This document shows, one piece after another, positions 20,141 through 30,915 of a stretch of DNA of 64,000 nt. A model generated the notes under the pieces. That model saw only the letters and a list, made by a program, of their open reading frames with translations, searched no databases and was not told where the DNA came from. The stretch lies in assembly GCA_963825055.1 (NCBI GenBank), contig CAWGSK010000013.1, positions 73,399-137,398 of the forward strand, read 5' to 3'. The stretch is from an uncultured Gemmatimonadales bacterium. GTDB lineage: Bacteria; Gemmatimonadota; Gemmatimonadetes; Gemmatimonadales; GWC2-71-9. Each line of letters starts with the position of its first letter. Positions within the stretch are counted from its first letter, which is position 1. Position numbers and translations under genes: made by a program.

Positions 20141-20806
20141 TCACTGGACGACCCCGAGCCAGACGGCGATGGGTATGCTCATGAACGCGAGCCCGATCAG
20201 CAGCCCGACCACCAGCGCGAGGGGGCGGCGCACCGCGTTCCAGCGCGGATGGTTGAGCCCCAGGGTCTGGAACCCGCTCCAGATACCGTGGATGAGGTGG
20301 AGGGTGAGCGCGGCCATGGCCAGGATGTAGAACAACGCCACCCACCAGACCTGGAGCCCGGTCACGAGGTTCCGGTAGACGGTGTGAACGTCGAAGTCCG
20401 GCCAGGTGGGGTGCAGGACGCCGACAGTGAAATGGAGGATATGGTAGATGATGAAGACGAAGAGGAGGATGCCGCCGTACCGCATGGTGCGGGAGGCGAA
20501 GGTCGATCGCTCCGGCTCCCACTCGCGGTAGCTCCGCCCGCGGGCGCGCCGGTTGAGGGCAATCAGCCGGAAGGCGCTGTCGGCGTGGAGGATCACCGCC
20601 ACGAGCAGGATCGCCCGCACAGACCAGACCAGCAGCGGCGCACTCTTGAGCAACGCCGCATACCCGTCCATGGCCTCCGCCCCGCCGTACACCAGCATGT
20701 TGCCCGCCACGTGAACCACCAGGTACCCGAGCAGGATAATCCCGGTCACGGCCATCACGATCTTCTTGCCGATCGTGGATCGGTAGAACCGGGTCACCCA
20801 GCGCAT
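20141..20806 (-). CDS. sdhC: Succinate dehydrogenase cytochrome b (b558-type) subunit
   Basis: 221-aa five-TM protein immediately upstream of sdhA, with His-rich helices. Confidence 0.85.
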   Translation of the reverse strand: MRWVTRFYRSTIGKKIVMAVTGIILLGYLVVHVAGNMLVYGGAEAMDGYAALLKSAPLLVWSVRAILLVAVILHADSAFRLIALNRRARGRSYREWEPERSTFASRTMRYGGILLFVFIIYHILHFTVGVLHPTWPDFDVHTVYRNLVTGLQVWWVALFYILAMAALTLHLIHGIWSGFQTLGLNHPRWNAVRRPLALVVGLLIGLAFMSIPIAVWLGVVQ

Positions 20807-20809
20807 GGC

Positions 20810-21739
20810 TCAGGCCCCCATGGCCTGCATCGTCTCGCGCACCGCATCGGCGGACTGGCGGAGCGCGGTCCGTTCCTCCTCCGTCAGTTCCACCTCGATC
20901 ACCTGCTCGAGCCCGGCGCGGCCCAGCTTGCACGGCACCCCGCAGAAAACCCCGTCCAGCCCGTACTCCCCGGTGAGCCACGCGGCGCAGGGCAGGATCC
21001 GCTTCTTGTCCAGCGCGATCGCCTCCACCATCTGCACCGCCGCGGCGCTCGGTGCGTAGTAGGCCGACCCGGTCTTGAGCAGGCCCACGATCTCGGCCCC
21101 GCCCTTGCGGGTCCGGTCGACGATGGCGTCGAGCCGGTCCTGGTCGATCAGCTGGGTGACGGGAATGCCACTCACCGTGGTGTAACTGATCAGCGGCACC
21201 ATCGTGTCCCCGTGCCCGCCCAGCACCATCGCCTGGATGTCCTCCACCGAGACGCCGATCGCCTCCGCGAGGAAGCTCCGGTAGCGGGCAGTGTCCAGGA
21301 CGCCGGCCATCCCGATCACCCGCTCGCGGGGAAAGCCGGAGGCCTGCATGGCCACGTAGCACATCACGTCGAGCGGGTTGGACACCATGATGATGATCGA
21401 CGCCGGCGCCACGCGCGCGATTTCCTTCGCCACGCTCGAGACGATACCGGCGTTCGTCTTGACCAGGTCGTCCCGGCTCATCCCCGGCTTGCGGGCGATG
21501 CCGGCCGTCACCACGAAGACGTCGCTGTCCCGGGCCTCGTCGTAGGCGTTGGACCCGACCAGGCTGGTATCGAAACCCTCGATGGGGGCCGACTCCCACT
21601 GGTCGAGCCCCTTGCCCTGGGGCACACCCTCCACGACATCCACCATGACCACGGTCCGTGCGAGCGACTTTTCGGCCAGCCGCTGCGCCACGGTGGCGCC
21701 CACGTTCCCGGCTCCGACTACGGTCACCTTGTTCAGCAT
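20810..21739 (-). CDS. mdh: Malate dehydrogenase (LDH-like type)
   Basis: [12 protein letters not shown] Rossmann motif, [23 protein letters not shown]. Confidence 0.95.
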   Translation of the reverse strand: MLNKVTVVGAGNVGATVAQRLAEKSLARTVVMVDVVEGVPQGKGLDQWESAPIEGFDTSLVGSNAYDEARDSDVFVVTAGIARKPGMSRDDLVKTNAGIVSSVAKEIARVAPASIIIMVSNPLDVMCYVAMQASGFPRERVIGMAGVLDTARYRSFLAEAIGVSVEDIQAMVLGGHGDTMVPLISYTTVSGIPVTQLIDQDRLDAIVDRTRKGGAEIVGLLKTGSAYYAPSAAAVQMVEAIALDKKRILPCAAWLTGEYGLDGVFCGVPCKLGRAGLEQVIEVELTEEERTALRQSADAVRETMQAMGA

Positions 21740-21802
21740 GCCCCGGCTCTCACTGTCAGGTAAGGAAGGACGGCTGCCGGGACGGGCCCGGCGGGGCGGA
21801 AG

Positions 21803-22285
21803 TTAACCGGGTCGGGTTGAGCGGGCCAAGTTGGCCAGCGCGCCCGTGGCGCGCAGCGCTTCGTACAGCACGATGCCCGCCGCAGTCGCGAGGTTGAGAC
21901 TCCGGATGTTGCCGTTCATCGGGATGGTGAAACAGCGCTCGGGGTACTTGTCCAGGATCCGGGGCGGCATGCCCTCCGTCTCGCTTCCAAGGACCAGGCA
22001 GCCATTCGGCTGCCACGGCGCCTCGAGATAACTCCGCGTCGCGTTGGCCGAGAAGTAGAGGCAGCGCTCGGGCGCCATGACATGCCGGAATTCCCGCCAG
22101 TGGCGGTGCACCCACAGGTCCACGTGGCGCCAGTAGTCGAGCCCCGCGCGCTTCAGGTCCGCGTCCTCAAGGGTGAATCCGAGCGGCTCGATGAGGTGCA
22201 GGCTGGTCCCGGTCGCCGCACAGAGCCGGGCGATGTTGCCGGTGTTGGGAGGGATCCGGGGCTCGATGAGGGCGAGGTGGGGCAT
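21803..22285 (-). CDS. trmL: tRNA (cytidine/uridine-2'-O)-methyltransferase, SpoU/TrmL family
   Basis: 160 aa; LIEPRIPPNTGNIARLCAATG...GSETEGMP...IPM...RSLNLATAAGIVLYEA. Confidence 0.9.
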   Translation of the reverse strand: MPHLALIEPRIPPNTGNIARLCAATGTSLHLIEPLGFTLEDADLKRAGLDYWRHVDLWVHRHWREFRHVMAPERCLYFSANATRSYLEAPWQPNGCLVLGSETEGMPPRILDKYPERCFTIPMNGNIRSLNLATAAGIVLYEALRATGALANLARSTRPG

Positions 22286-22405
22286 GCCGGGAATCGTGAA
22301 TCGGGAGGTAGTGGAATAGGGAATCGGCCGTGCAATGCGTAAGGTAATCCCCAGCTCACGACCCCCGATACCCGATCAACGCAGGGACGATCGGCCGGCG
22401 GGTCG

Positions 22406-23436
22406 TCAGCCCCCCCGCGTATGCATCTCCCGGTGCGGGTCGGCGCGCAGCCCGTCGAGCTGGTAGAGGGCGCCACGGTCCGCGAGGGCGGCGCGCTCCT
22501 CGGCGCCGCGGTCGGTGCGGGCCGACCAGGTGCGGTGGATGAGTTCGGTGAGCTCGGCGTCGCTGGCGCCGGCGCGCAGCGGCTCGCGCAGGTCCACGCC
22601 GGACTGCGCGTACAGGCAGAGATACCACGTCCCGTCGGCGGTCAGGCGGCTCCGGTCGCAGTCGCGGCAGAACGGCGCCGTGGTGCTGGCGATGATGCCG
22701 AAACGGGTGCCGTCGGGGAGGGTCCAGGTGTCGGCCGGCGCACGCGGGTCGCCCGCCTCCGCCGTGATCTCCCCGAACCGTGCGCGGATCGCCGCAAGCA
22801 TCTGCTCCCGGCTCACCACCTGGTCCATCGACCATCCGGTGGCGCCCCCCACGTCCATGTACTCGATGAAGCGGACCTCGATCGCCGCGATCCCTGCCGA
22901 ACTCGAGGAGCGGGATGATCTCGTCCTCGTTGAAGCCGCGGATGATCACGGCGTTGAGCTTGGTGCCGGTAAACCCCGCCTCCCGGGCGGCGTCCAGCCC
23001 GCGCAGGACATCCGCGTGCCTGCCGCTTCTCGCGAAGCGGGCGAAGCGTCCGGGGTCGAGCGTGTCGAGGCTGACGGTGAGGCGACGGAGCCCGGCCTCG
23101 CGGAGCGCCACGGCGTGACGCGCGAGGAGGACCCCGTTGGTGGTGAGCGCCAGGTCATCCGCGCGAGGGACCGCCGCCAGCATCCCCACCAGCGTGGGCA
23201 GCTCGTTGCGGAGCAGCGGTTCGCCGCCCGTGAGGCGCAGCTTCCGCGCGCCGAGGGCGGTGAAGAGGCCGGCCAGGCGGGTGGTCTCCTCGAAGGAGAG
23301 GATGGAATCGCGCGGGAGCCAGACATAGCTCTCCTCCGGCATGCAGTAGCGGCAACGGAGGTTGCACCGGTCGGTCACCGAGATGCGGAGGCTCCCGAGC
23401 GGGCGGCTCGAAGCGATCCCTCCGGGGAGCCGTCAC
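22406..23436 (-). pseudogene. moaA: GTP 3',8-cyclase MoaA, interrupted by two frameshifts (about 22883 and about 23406)
   Basis: Radical-SAM N-terminus LRISVTDRCNLRCRYCMP and C-terminus ...FIEYMDVGGATGW...FCRDCDRSRLTADG...TRGG lie in three different frames. Removing one base at about 22883 and one at about 23406 would restore a continuous MoaA. Confidence 0.8.
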
Positions 23437-23877
23437 GATGCGGACCTTCCCTTCCGCCGGTCCCGCCGGGAGCGGTCGGGTCCACCCACGCGACCGACCC
23501 GTCGGCGTAGTGCTCGCGCTTCCAGACGGGAAGGCGGGACTTTACTTCCTCGATGACCCATCGGCAGGCGTCGAACGCCTCGGCGCGATGGGGCCCGCCC
23601 ACCGCCACCGCGACCGCGACGTCACCGATGGCGAGCACGCCCGTCCGGTGCCGAAGCGCAACCGTCACGGGCCAGCGGCGCCGGCTTCCTCCAGGATCTC
23701 CTGCGCAACCGACTCGGCCATCTCGGGATAGGCACTGTATTCGAGGCGTTCCACCGCGCGTCCCTGGTGATGATCCCGCACGATGCCGGTGAAGGTCGCC
23801 ACCGCTCCGTGGGCGGCGTCGGCCACGTCGGCCGCAAGGGCGGCCACGTCGATCGGGTCCGCAGTCAGGCAGGCCAT
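23375..23877 (-). pseudogene. moaE: Molybdopterin synthase catalytic subunit MoaE, frameshifted at about 23684
   Basis: N-terminus ...GAVATFTGIVRDHHQGRAVERLEYSAYPEMA and C-terminus VALRHRTGVLAIGDVAVAVAVGGPHRAEAFDACRWVIEEVKSRLPVWKRE are in different frames. The 3' end is uncertain. Confidence 0.75.
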
Positions 23878-23879
23878 GG

Positions 23880-24142
23880 TCAGCCGCCCGCCACCGGAGG
23901 CAGGATGGCCAGTTCGTCTCCCTCGTGGACGATCTCGTCGCCCCGAGCCTGGACGGCATTGAGCGCGCAGAGCGGCCGGGGCGGGATCACCTCGGCCCCG
24001 GGAACGGTGGAGCGGATGCGCTGAGCAGGTCCCGAACGGTCACCGGGCCGTCGAAGGGGAGCGCAAGGCGTTCCACCCCCACGAGTTCCGCGTACCGGGC
24101 GAAGAACCGAACCTCAATCGTTGCCGTGCGGGTCTGTGTCAT
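23880..24142 (-). pseudogene. moaD: Molybdopterin synthase sulfur-carrier subunit MoaD, frameshifted at about 24020
   Basis: MTQTRTATIEVRFFARYAELVG...VRDLLS, then a -1 shift to RIRSTVPGAEVIPPRP...NAVQARGDEIVHEGDELAILPPVAGG* (diagnostic C-terminal GG). The span is 263 nt, not a multiple of 3. Confidence 0.75.
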
Positions 24143-24223
24143 CTGGTCCGTTCGAAACAAAATGGGCCGCGATGGGTGAACCATCGGGCGAGACGTGGTG
24201 TTCCCGAAATCCCGGTGGAACGC

Positions 24224-24252
24224 AAAAGGGGAGCCGGACACCCGGCTCCCCT
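24224..24252 (-). terminator. Rho-independent terminator after the HU/IHF gene
   Basis: Minus-strand AGGGGAGCCGG-GTGT-CCGGCTCCCCTTTTG: a perfect 10-bp GC stem followed by a T tract. Confidence 0.8.
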
Positions 24253-24274
24253 CTGTGCCCCCGTGTCCAGCGCC

Positions 24275-24613
24275 TCAGGAGGAGGAAGCGGCGGCCTCTC
24301 CCGGCCCGGAGGACTGGTCCTCCTCCGCAACCATTGTCCGTAACTCCTTGCTGGGCTTGAACACCGGGACGGGACGCGCCGCCACTTCCACCGGCTCACC
24401 CGTCCTGGGGTTCCGCGCCATCCTGGTCTTCCGCCGCCGGATCTTGAACGTTCCGAATCCGCGGACTTCGATGTTCTGCTGGTTGCTCAATGCCAGCTTG
24501 ATCGCGTCAAGAAACGCGTCCACCACCCGGGCACAATCCTTCTTGGAGATCATGGGGCCGGAGGTGCGGGCGATCGAGGCCGTGACCTGCTCCACGAGAT
24601 CAGCTTTGGTCAT
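24275..24613 (-). CDS. HU/IHF-family DNA-binding protein
   Basis: 112 aa; VRGFGTFKIRRRKTRMARNPRTGEPVEVAARPVPVFKPSKEL is the canonical beta-arm. Confidence 0.9.
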   Translation of the reverse strand: MTKADLVEQVTASIARTSGPMISKKDCARVVDAFLDAIKLALSNQQNIEVRGFGTFKIRRRKTRMARNPRTGEPVEVAARPVPVFKPSKELRTMVAEEDQSSGPGEAAASSS

Positions 24614-24713
24614 TCATCCCCCTGGAAGACACGCCAAAAGGGTTCCTCGCGGAGAGGGCACCCAGAGGCGATAGTACGGGCTTACCTGTTGACTGTCAAG
24701 GGGTTGGGGCGCC

Positions 24714-25811
24714 TCAGGCGCCCCGATCCCGGATCAGGCGCAGGAATTGGCCAAAATGGGGGTAGGCATCGTGGGGTCCCGGAGAGGCCTCCGGGTGATA
24801 CTGAACGGCGAAAATCGGTAAGTCCTTGTGTCGCAATCCCTCAACCGTTCCATCGTTCAGGTTGAGATGCGTAACCTCGAGATCCGGGGCCCCGGGCACG
24901 CCGGATTCGTCTCCCTCAACGGCGAAACCGTGGTTCTGCGAGGTGATCAGGACCTTCCCGGTGGCAAGATCCTTGACGGGGTGGTTTCCGCCCCGGTGCC
25001 CGTACGGCATCTTCGTGGTCCGCCCGCCAAAGCTCAAGGCCAGGAGCTGGTGCCCCAGGCAAATCCCGAAGGTGGGGACACCCGATTCGGCGACCGCCCG
25101 GATGGGGCCGAAGGCGTAATCGACAGCGGCGGGATCGCCCGGGCCATTGCTGAGGAAGAGACCGTCCGGCTTGAGGTCCATGATCTCCTGTGCCGTAGCC
25201 CTCGCGGGAACGACCGTCACCCGAAAGCCCCGTCCCACCAGCATTTCCACGATATTCCGCTTCATGCCGAAGTCGCAGGCCACCACGTGCGGGCCTTCAC
25301 CCTCGCTGTAGGCCGCCTCGACGGTCGCCCGCGAGGCGAGGTCCAGGCCGTCCATGGAGGGGGACGCCGCGAGCCGGCTCTCGAGGTCCCGCGATGGAGC
25401 GGTTCCCTCGGCGATCACCCCGCGCATGGCGCCGCGTTCCCGGATGTGCCGGGTGAGCCGGCGGGTGTCGACCTGCGCGATCACCGGGATGCCGTGCTCG
25501 CCCAGCCATTCACCGAGGTCCTGGGTTGCACGCCAGTTGCTCGCCCGACGTGCCAGTTCCCGGACGACGACGCCCGAGACCTGGGGCGATTTCGACTCCA
25601 TGTCCTCCGGATTGACGCCGTAGTTGCCGATCATGGGCGCTGTCATGACGACGATCTGCCCCATGTAACTGGGGTCCGTGAACGTCTCCTGGTAGCCGCT
25701 CATGCTGGTGGTGAAGACCACCTCGCCGAAGACCGGCCCACCAGGGGACGTCAGTTCCCCGGCATACCAGGTGCCGTCTTCGAGCAACACGAATGCGGGG
25801 CGGCCGGTCAT
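24714..25811 (-). CDS. carA: Carbamoyl-phosphate synthase small (glutaminase) subunit
   Basis: GICLGHQLL catalytic Cys and QNHGFAV...VQYHPEA motifs. Start trimmed to MTGRPAFVLLEDG. Confidence 0.93.
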   Translation of the reverse strand: MTGRPAFVLLEDGTWYAGELTSPGGPVFGEVVFTTSMSGYQETFTDPSYMGQIVVMTAPMIGNYGVNPEDMESKSPQVSGVVVRELARRASNWRATQDLGEWLGEHGIPVIAQVDTRRLTRHIRERGAMRGVIAEGTAPSRDLESRLAASPSMDGLDLASRATVEAAYSEGEGPHVVACDFGMKRNIVEMLVGRGFRVTVVPARATAQEIMDLKPDGLFLSNGPGDPAAVDYAFGPIRAVAESGVPTFGICLGHQLLALSFGGRTTKMPYGHRGGNHPVKDLATGKVLITSQNHGFAVEGDESGVPGAPDLEVTHLNLNDGTVEGLRHKDLPIFAVQYHPEASPGPHDAYPHFGQFLRLIRDRGA

Positions 25812-25845
25812 CCGGCAGCCCCGCGACGTACGCATGCCGCCATGA

Positions 25846-26214
25846 TCAATTCGTGGAGTCCGGCGCCCCGGTTACCGGCGCCTGTGGCACCGCCGGGGTC
25901 GTGTTGTCGAGCGGGAGCGGCGCCGTCTGCGTGGGTGCGCCGGTCCCCTGCTGAAGCCGCTGCTGCAGTTCCGTGGTGCCCGCACTGCGGTTGGCCAGCA
26001 TCACCGACATCAGGAGCGACAGGAAGAGGAAGATCCCCCCGCCCCACCATGTGGCGCGGGTCAGGACGGTCACCGCCTGCCGGCCGCCGACGACCATGTC
26101 GGTCGAGCCGCCGCCCAGCGCGGCCAGGCCGCCGCCCTGTCCGGCCTGGAGCAGGATCGCGGTCGCGAGGACAATCGCGTCGATGATGAGCAGAATGAGC
26201 AGAAAAGTGTACAT
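25846..26214 (-). CDS. secG: Preprotein translocase subunit SecG
   Basis: MYTFLLILLIIDAIVLATAILLQAGQGGGL... Start trimmed to the ATG at 26214. The track extension translates microsatellite DNA. Confidence 0.85.
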   Translation of the reverse strand: MYTFLLILLIIDAIVLATAILLQAGQGGGLAALGGGSTDMVVGGRQAVTVLTRATWWGGGIFLFLSLLMSVMLANRSAGTTELQQRLQQGTGAPTQTAPLPLDNTTPAVPQAPVTGAPDSTN

Positions 26215-26250
26215 GGGTCCCGGGTTCTGGTTTAGCCGGAAAATATAAGC

Positions 26251-26430
26251 GGGAGGGGTCGAGGGGTCGAGGGGTCGAGGGGTCGAGGGGTCGAGGGGTC
26301 GGCAGGCGGCAGGCGGCAGGCGGCAGGCGGCAGGCGGCAGGCGGCAGGCAGCGGCGGCAGCCCGGAAGGTACTCACCGCCCATTCACTACTCACTACTCA
26401 CTACTCACTACCCACTACTCACTGCTCACC
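26251..26430. repeat. Three adjacent microsatellite arrays: (GGGGTCGA)x5-6, (GGCAGGC)x7, (CTCACTA)x6
   Basis: Read directly in the tpiA-secG intergenic region. The last units overlap the tpiA stop region. Confidence 0.9.
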
Positions 26431-27165
26431 ATCAACAACCTCCACCCAGATCCCCACCTCCAGGCTCGCCCCGCCCACCAGCACGCCGTCGAGTTCCTCC
26501 TCCGCCAGCAGGGCCTCGATGTTCTTCTGGTTGACGCTGCCGCCATAGAGGATGCGTGGCCCGGTGTGGCCCCGGGAGGTGAGTTCGGCCCGGAGCACCC
26601 GATGGACCGCTGCGGCGTCCTCCGGCGTGGCGTTCCGCCCGGTGCCGATGGCCCAGACCGGCTCGTAGGCCACGACCACGCGGGAGATCTCGTCCGGCGA
26701 GAGGGTCGAGCAGGCCGTGCCCAGCTGGCGCACGACCACCTTCCCGGTCTCGCCCTCCTCACGCTCCTCCAGCTTCTCGCCCACGCAGAGCAGCGGGGTC
26801 ATGCCCGCACCGAGCAGCGCGCGAACCTTCCTGGCGGTGTCGGCCTCGGACTCGCCGAACAGGTGGCGGCGCTCCGAGTGCCCCACCAGCGCCACGGTGG
26901 CGCCGGCGCCCTGTGCCAGCGGAATGGAGGTGGCACCGGTGAAGGCGCCTTTCGGCTCCCAGTGCACGTCCTGCGCGCCCACCCGGATGTCGGGGCGGCC
27001 GGCGAAGGCCTGCGACGCGGCCTCGATGCTTACCGCGCTCGGGAAGAACCAGATGTCCCGGCCATCCACCGGCTGTACCCGGGCGAGAAAGTCTTTCGCA
27101 AACGCGCGGACTTCTCCGGGCGCGAGGTGCATTTTCCAGTTAGCGGCAAAGAGCAGGGGTCGCAT
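26419..27165 (-). CDS. tpiA: Triosephosphate isomerase
   Basis: AANWKMH, VGHSERR, AYEPVWAIGTG, YGGSV motifs. Confidence 0.95.
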   Translation of the reverse strand: MRPLLFAANWKMHLAPGEVRAFAKDFLARVQPVDGRDIWFFPSAVSIEAASQAFAGRPDIRVGAQDVHWEPKGAFTGATSIPLAQGAGATVALVGHSERRHLFGESEADTARKVRALLGAGMTPLLCVGEKLEEREEGETGKVVVRQLGTACSTLSPDEISRVVVAYEPVWAIGTGRNATPEDAAAVHRVLRAELTSRGHTGPRILYGGSVNQKNIEALLAEEELDGVLVGGASLEVGIWVEVVDGEQ

Positions 27166-27168
27166 CAG

Positions 27169-28355
27169 TCAGGCCTCGTCGAGGGCGGCGACGCCGGGGA
27201 GGGTCCTGCCCTCGAGAAACTCGAGGGATGCCCCTCCGCCGGTGGACACGTGGGTCATGCGGTCCGACAACCCGGCCTCCGCCACCGCCGCCGCGGAGTC
27301 GCCTCCGCCGACGATGGTCACGGCTCCCGCGTCGGCCGCCTCCGCCATGGCCGTGGCCACGGCGCGCGTGCCATGATCGAACGGCGGGGTTTCGAACACG
27401 CCCATGGGGCCGTTCCAGATGACGGTGCCGGCGCCACGGATTCGTGACGCGAAGGCCTGCTCGGTCTCCGGATCGATGTCGAAGACCGCCCAGCCCGCCG
27501 GGATGCTGTCCCGGGCGACGGTCCGGGTCTTCGCTGCCTTCTCCAGCCTCTCGGCGATCACGCCGCCGGAGGGCAGGACGAGCGTGTCACCCGCCTTCCC
27601 GATCAGCTCGCGGGCCATCTCCACCCGGTCCTCTTCCACGAGCGAGGTGCCGGTCTCGATCCCCATCGCCCGGAAGAAGGTGCACGCCATCGCCCCGCCG
27701 ATCAGGATCCCGTCAACTTTCGGCAACAGCGCCTCGACCAGGTCGATCTTGCCGGAGATCTTGGCGCCGCCCAGCACGGCGACGAATGGACGCTTCGGGT
27801 CCCGGAGGGCCTCACCCAGGTAGTGGAGTTCTTTCTCCATCAGGAACCCGGACACCGCCGGCTTCAGCAGGTGGGCCACGGCCTCGGTGCTTGCATGCGC
27901 CCGATGGGCCGACCCGAACGCATCGTTCACGTACAGATCGCCCAGCGCGGCGAACGCCTTCGCCAGTTCAGGGTCGTTCTTCTCTTCCCCTGTCTGGAAG
28001 CGGGTGTTCTCCAGCAGGGCCACGGCCCCGCGCGGCAGCCGCTTCGTGGCGGCGATCGTCTCGGGGCTCAGCGGATCGTCGAGAAACTTTACCGGCTCGC
28101 CGAGGAGCGACTCGAGCGCCCGCGCGACGGGATGCAGGCTGAACTGCGGGTCGGCCTTGCCCTTCGGACGGCCCAGGTGGGAGAGCAGGATGACGCGGGC
28201 GCCGTGTTCGCGCAGGTAGTTGATGGTCGGAAGCGCCGCACGGATACGCGTGTCGTCCGTCACGCGCCCGTCGGCCAGCGGGGTGTTGAAGTCCACCCGC
28301 ACGAGCGCGCGCTGGCCCTCGAGCGTTGAGGCGGGGAGCGACTGCAGGCTCCGCT

Positions 28356-28359
<4 letters not shown>
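27169..28359 (-). CDS. pgk: Phosphoglycerate kinase
   Basis: [32 protein letters not shown] motifs. The GTG start overlaps the gap TGA stop (GTGA). The track ORF is over-extended. Confidence 0.93.
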
Positions 28360-29363
<1,004 letters not shown>

Positions 29364-29393
29364 GCCGTTCTCCTGTGTCGGTAAGGTCCTGCC

Positions 29394-30125
29394 CTAGTGT
29401 CTCCGGTCCACCTGCAATCTAGCCCGGGCGAAGGTGACGGCGTCGACCGCGGACGCACCAGCCGCACGCAGCGCCATCGCGGCCGAGACGAGGGTCGCGC
29501 CGGTGGTGCAGACATCGTCCACCAGGACCGGCCGCCCGAGGGGAGGCACGGCTGCCCGGAAGGCGCCCGCCACGTTGGCCAGCCGGGCCTCCGGCGGCAG
29601 CGAGGTCTGGGTCGGCGTCTCCCTCGCTCGCGCCAGCACGTCCTCCCGGACCGGCAGCCCCAGCAGGCGCCCGAGTGCGTGGGCCAGACACGCGCTCTGG
29701 TTGTAGCCGCGCTCGCGACGGCGCCGGATGCCCAGCGGTACCGGCACCAGGAATACTGGCCCGGTCAACGGAGTTAAACCCGTCATCACCCGGGCCATCG
29801 ATTCCGTCACGCGCCACCAGCCTTCATACTTCGCCTGGTGCACCGCGTCACGCGCGCCACCGTCGAGCCACACCGCGCTCCGGACCCGACCCGGCACCGT
29901 GGGCCAGTCGGCGCAGAGCCGGCAGCCCACCTCCGGCAGGAGCCGGGGCTGGCCACACCGCTCGCAGGAGGGTTCGGGAAGCCGCTCCCACCGGGAACGG
30001 CACAGCGCGCAGACGAGCGGGTCGCCCTGCCCCGCCCCGATCGGCTCCTGGCACAGCAGGCACTCGGCAGGCAGCAGCCACCGCTCCGCTCCCGCCAGCA
30101 CACCGGCGAGTTCAGCCAAGCGCAC
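29394..30125 (-). CDS. comF: ComF-family phosphoribosyltransferase-domain protein
   Basis: N-terminal Cys pairs CLLC...CALC...CERCG and C-terminal PRTase motif VLVDDVCTTGATL. A GTG start at about 30125 is inferred. Confidence 0.75.
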   Translation of the reverse strand: MRLAELAGVLAGAERWLLPAECLLCQEPIGAGQGDPLVCALCRSRWERLPEPSCERCGQPRLLPEVGCRLCADWPTVPGRVRSAVWLDGGARDAVHQAKYEGWWRVTESMARVMTGLTPLTGPVFLVPVPLGIRRRRERGYNQSACLAHALGRLLGLPVREDVLARARETPTQTSLPPEARLANVAGAFRAAVPPLGRPVLVDDVCTTGATLVSAAMALRAAGASAVDAVTFARARLQVDRRH

Positions 30126-30915
30126 GATGCACCGCCGCCCGCATGACCTCCACCGGCGCCGCCACGCCGGGAAACCACCGCTCGAACGCCTCGGCGCCCT
30201 GCGCGACCAGCATGAGACGGCCGTCGGAGGCTCGCGCTCCCGCCCGGCGCATGGCACGGATCCAGGCGGTCTCGCCGCGATGATAGACGAGGTCCAGCGC
30301 CACCTCCACCCCCGACAGGGACGTGGGCTCTGCGGGCAGTGGATCGTCATCGCGATGGCCCAGGGGCGTGGCATTGATGGCGACGCGGCAGGCGGCCTCG
30401 TCCGCCCGTGCTCCGCCTTCCTGCTCGACCCATGAGAGAAAGGCGTCCCGGCGCTCCGCCGACCGCGACCGGGCCGCGACCGGCACCCCCTGCTCGATGG
30501 CCGCGAGGGCCGACGCGCGCGCGGCGCTCCCCGTGCCGAGCACGAGCCATCCGCCCCCGGGAGCCCCAAGCTCGTGGAGGGAGCCCAGCACCCCGGTGAC
30601 ATCGGTGTTCTCACCGTGGAGCGTCCCGCCACGTCCGAAGAACGTGTTGCAGGCACCCGTGCGCTCGACCCTTCCCGAGGCATGACTGACCGCCGCACGG
30701 GCCCGCGCCTTGAACGGGGCGGTCACGTTGCCGCCGCCGCCATCGGCGGCCAGGGTGCGCATGAGGGAGGGAACGTCCTCAGGGGCAGGACGAAGGGCGA
30801 CATACACCGCGTCCAGACCCAGGGCCAGGAAAGCGGCGTTCTGCATCACGGGCGAGAGCGAGTGGGCCACGGGATCGCCAATCACGGCGAACACGCGGGT
30901 GCTACCCCTGATCAC
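30112..30915 (-). CDS. aroE: Shikimate dehydrogenase
   Basis: VIGDPVAHSLSPVMQNAAF...NVTAPFK...NTD...GTGSAARA pattern. Confidence 0.9.
   Translation of the reverse strand: MIRGSTRVFAVIGDPVAHSLSPVMQNAAFLALGLDAVYVALRPAPEDVPSLMRTLAADGGGGNVTAPFKARARAAVSHASGRVERTGACNTFFGRGGTLHGENTDVTGVLGSLHELGAPGGGWLVLGTGSAARASALAAIEQGVPVAARSRSAERRDAFLSWVEQEGGARADEAACRVAINATPLGHRDDDPLPAEPTSLSGVEVALDLVYHRGETAWIRAMRRAGARASDGRLMLVAQGAEAFERWFPGVAAPVEVMRAAVHRALG

Noticed and set aside
22883-24020. Programmed ribosomal frameshifting in the moa genes.
   Set aside because: There are four independent shifts in three genes, none at a slippery heptamer and none with an obvious downstream structure. Decay or sequence error is far more likely.
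24143-24223. Moco riboswitch in the leader of moaD.
   Set aside because: I could not identify the conserved Moco-motif stems or loops by eye in this 80-nt leader. It would need a covariance-model search, so I make no claim.
25808-26394. ORFs encoding repeated AACRLPP / RPLDPST peptides upstream of secG.
   Set aside because: These are literal translations of the (GGCAGGC)n and (GGGGTCGA)n microsatellites. SecG has a good ATG at 26214.
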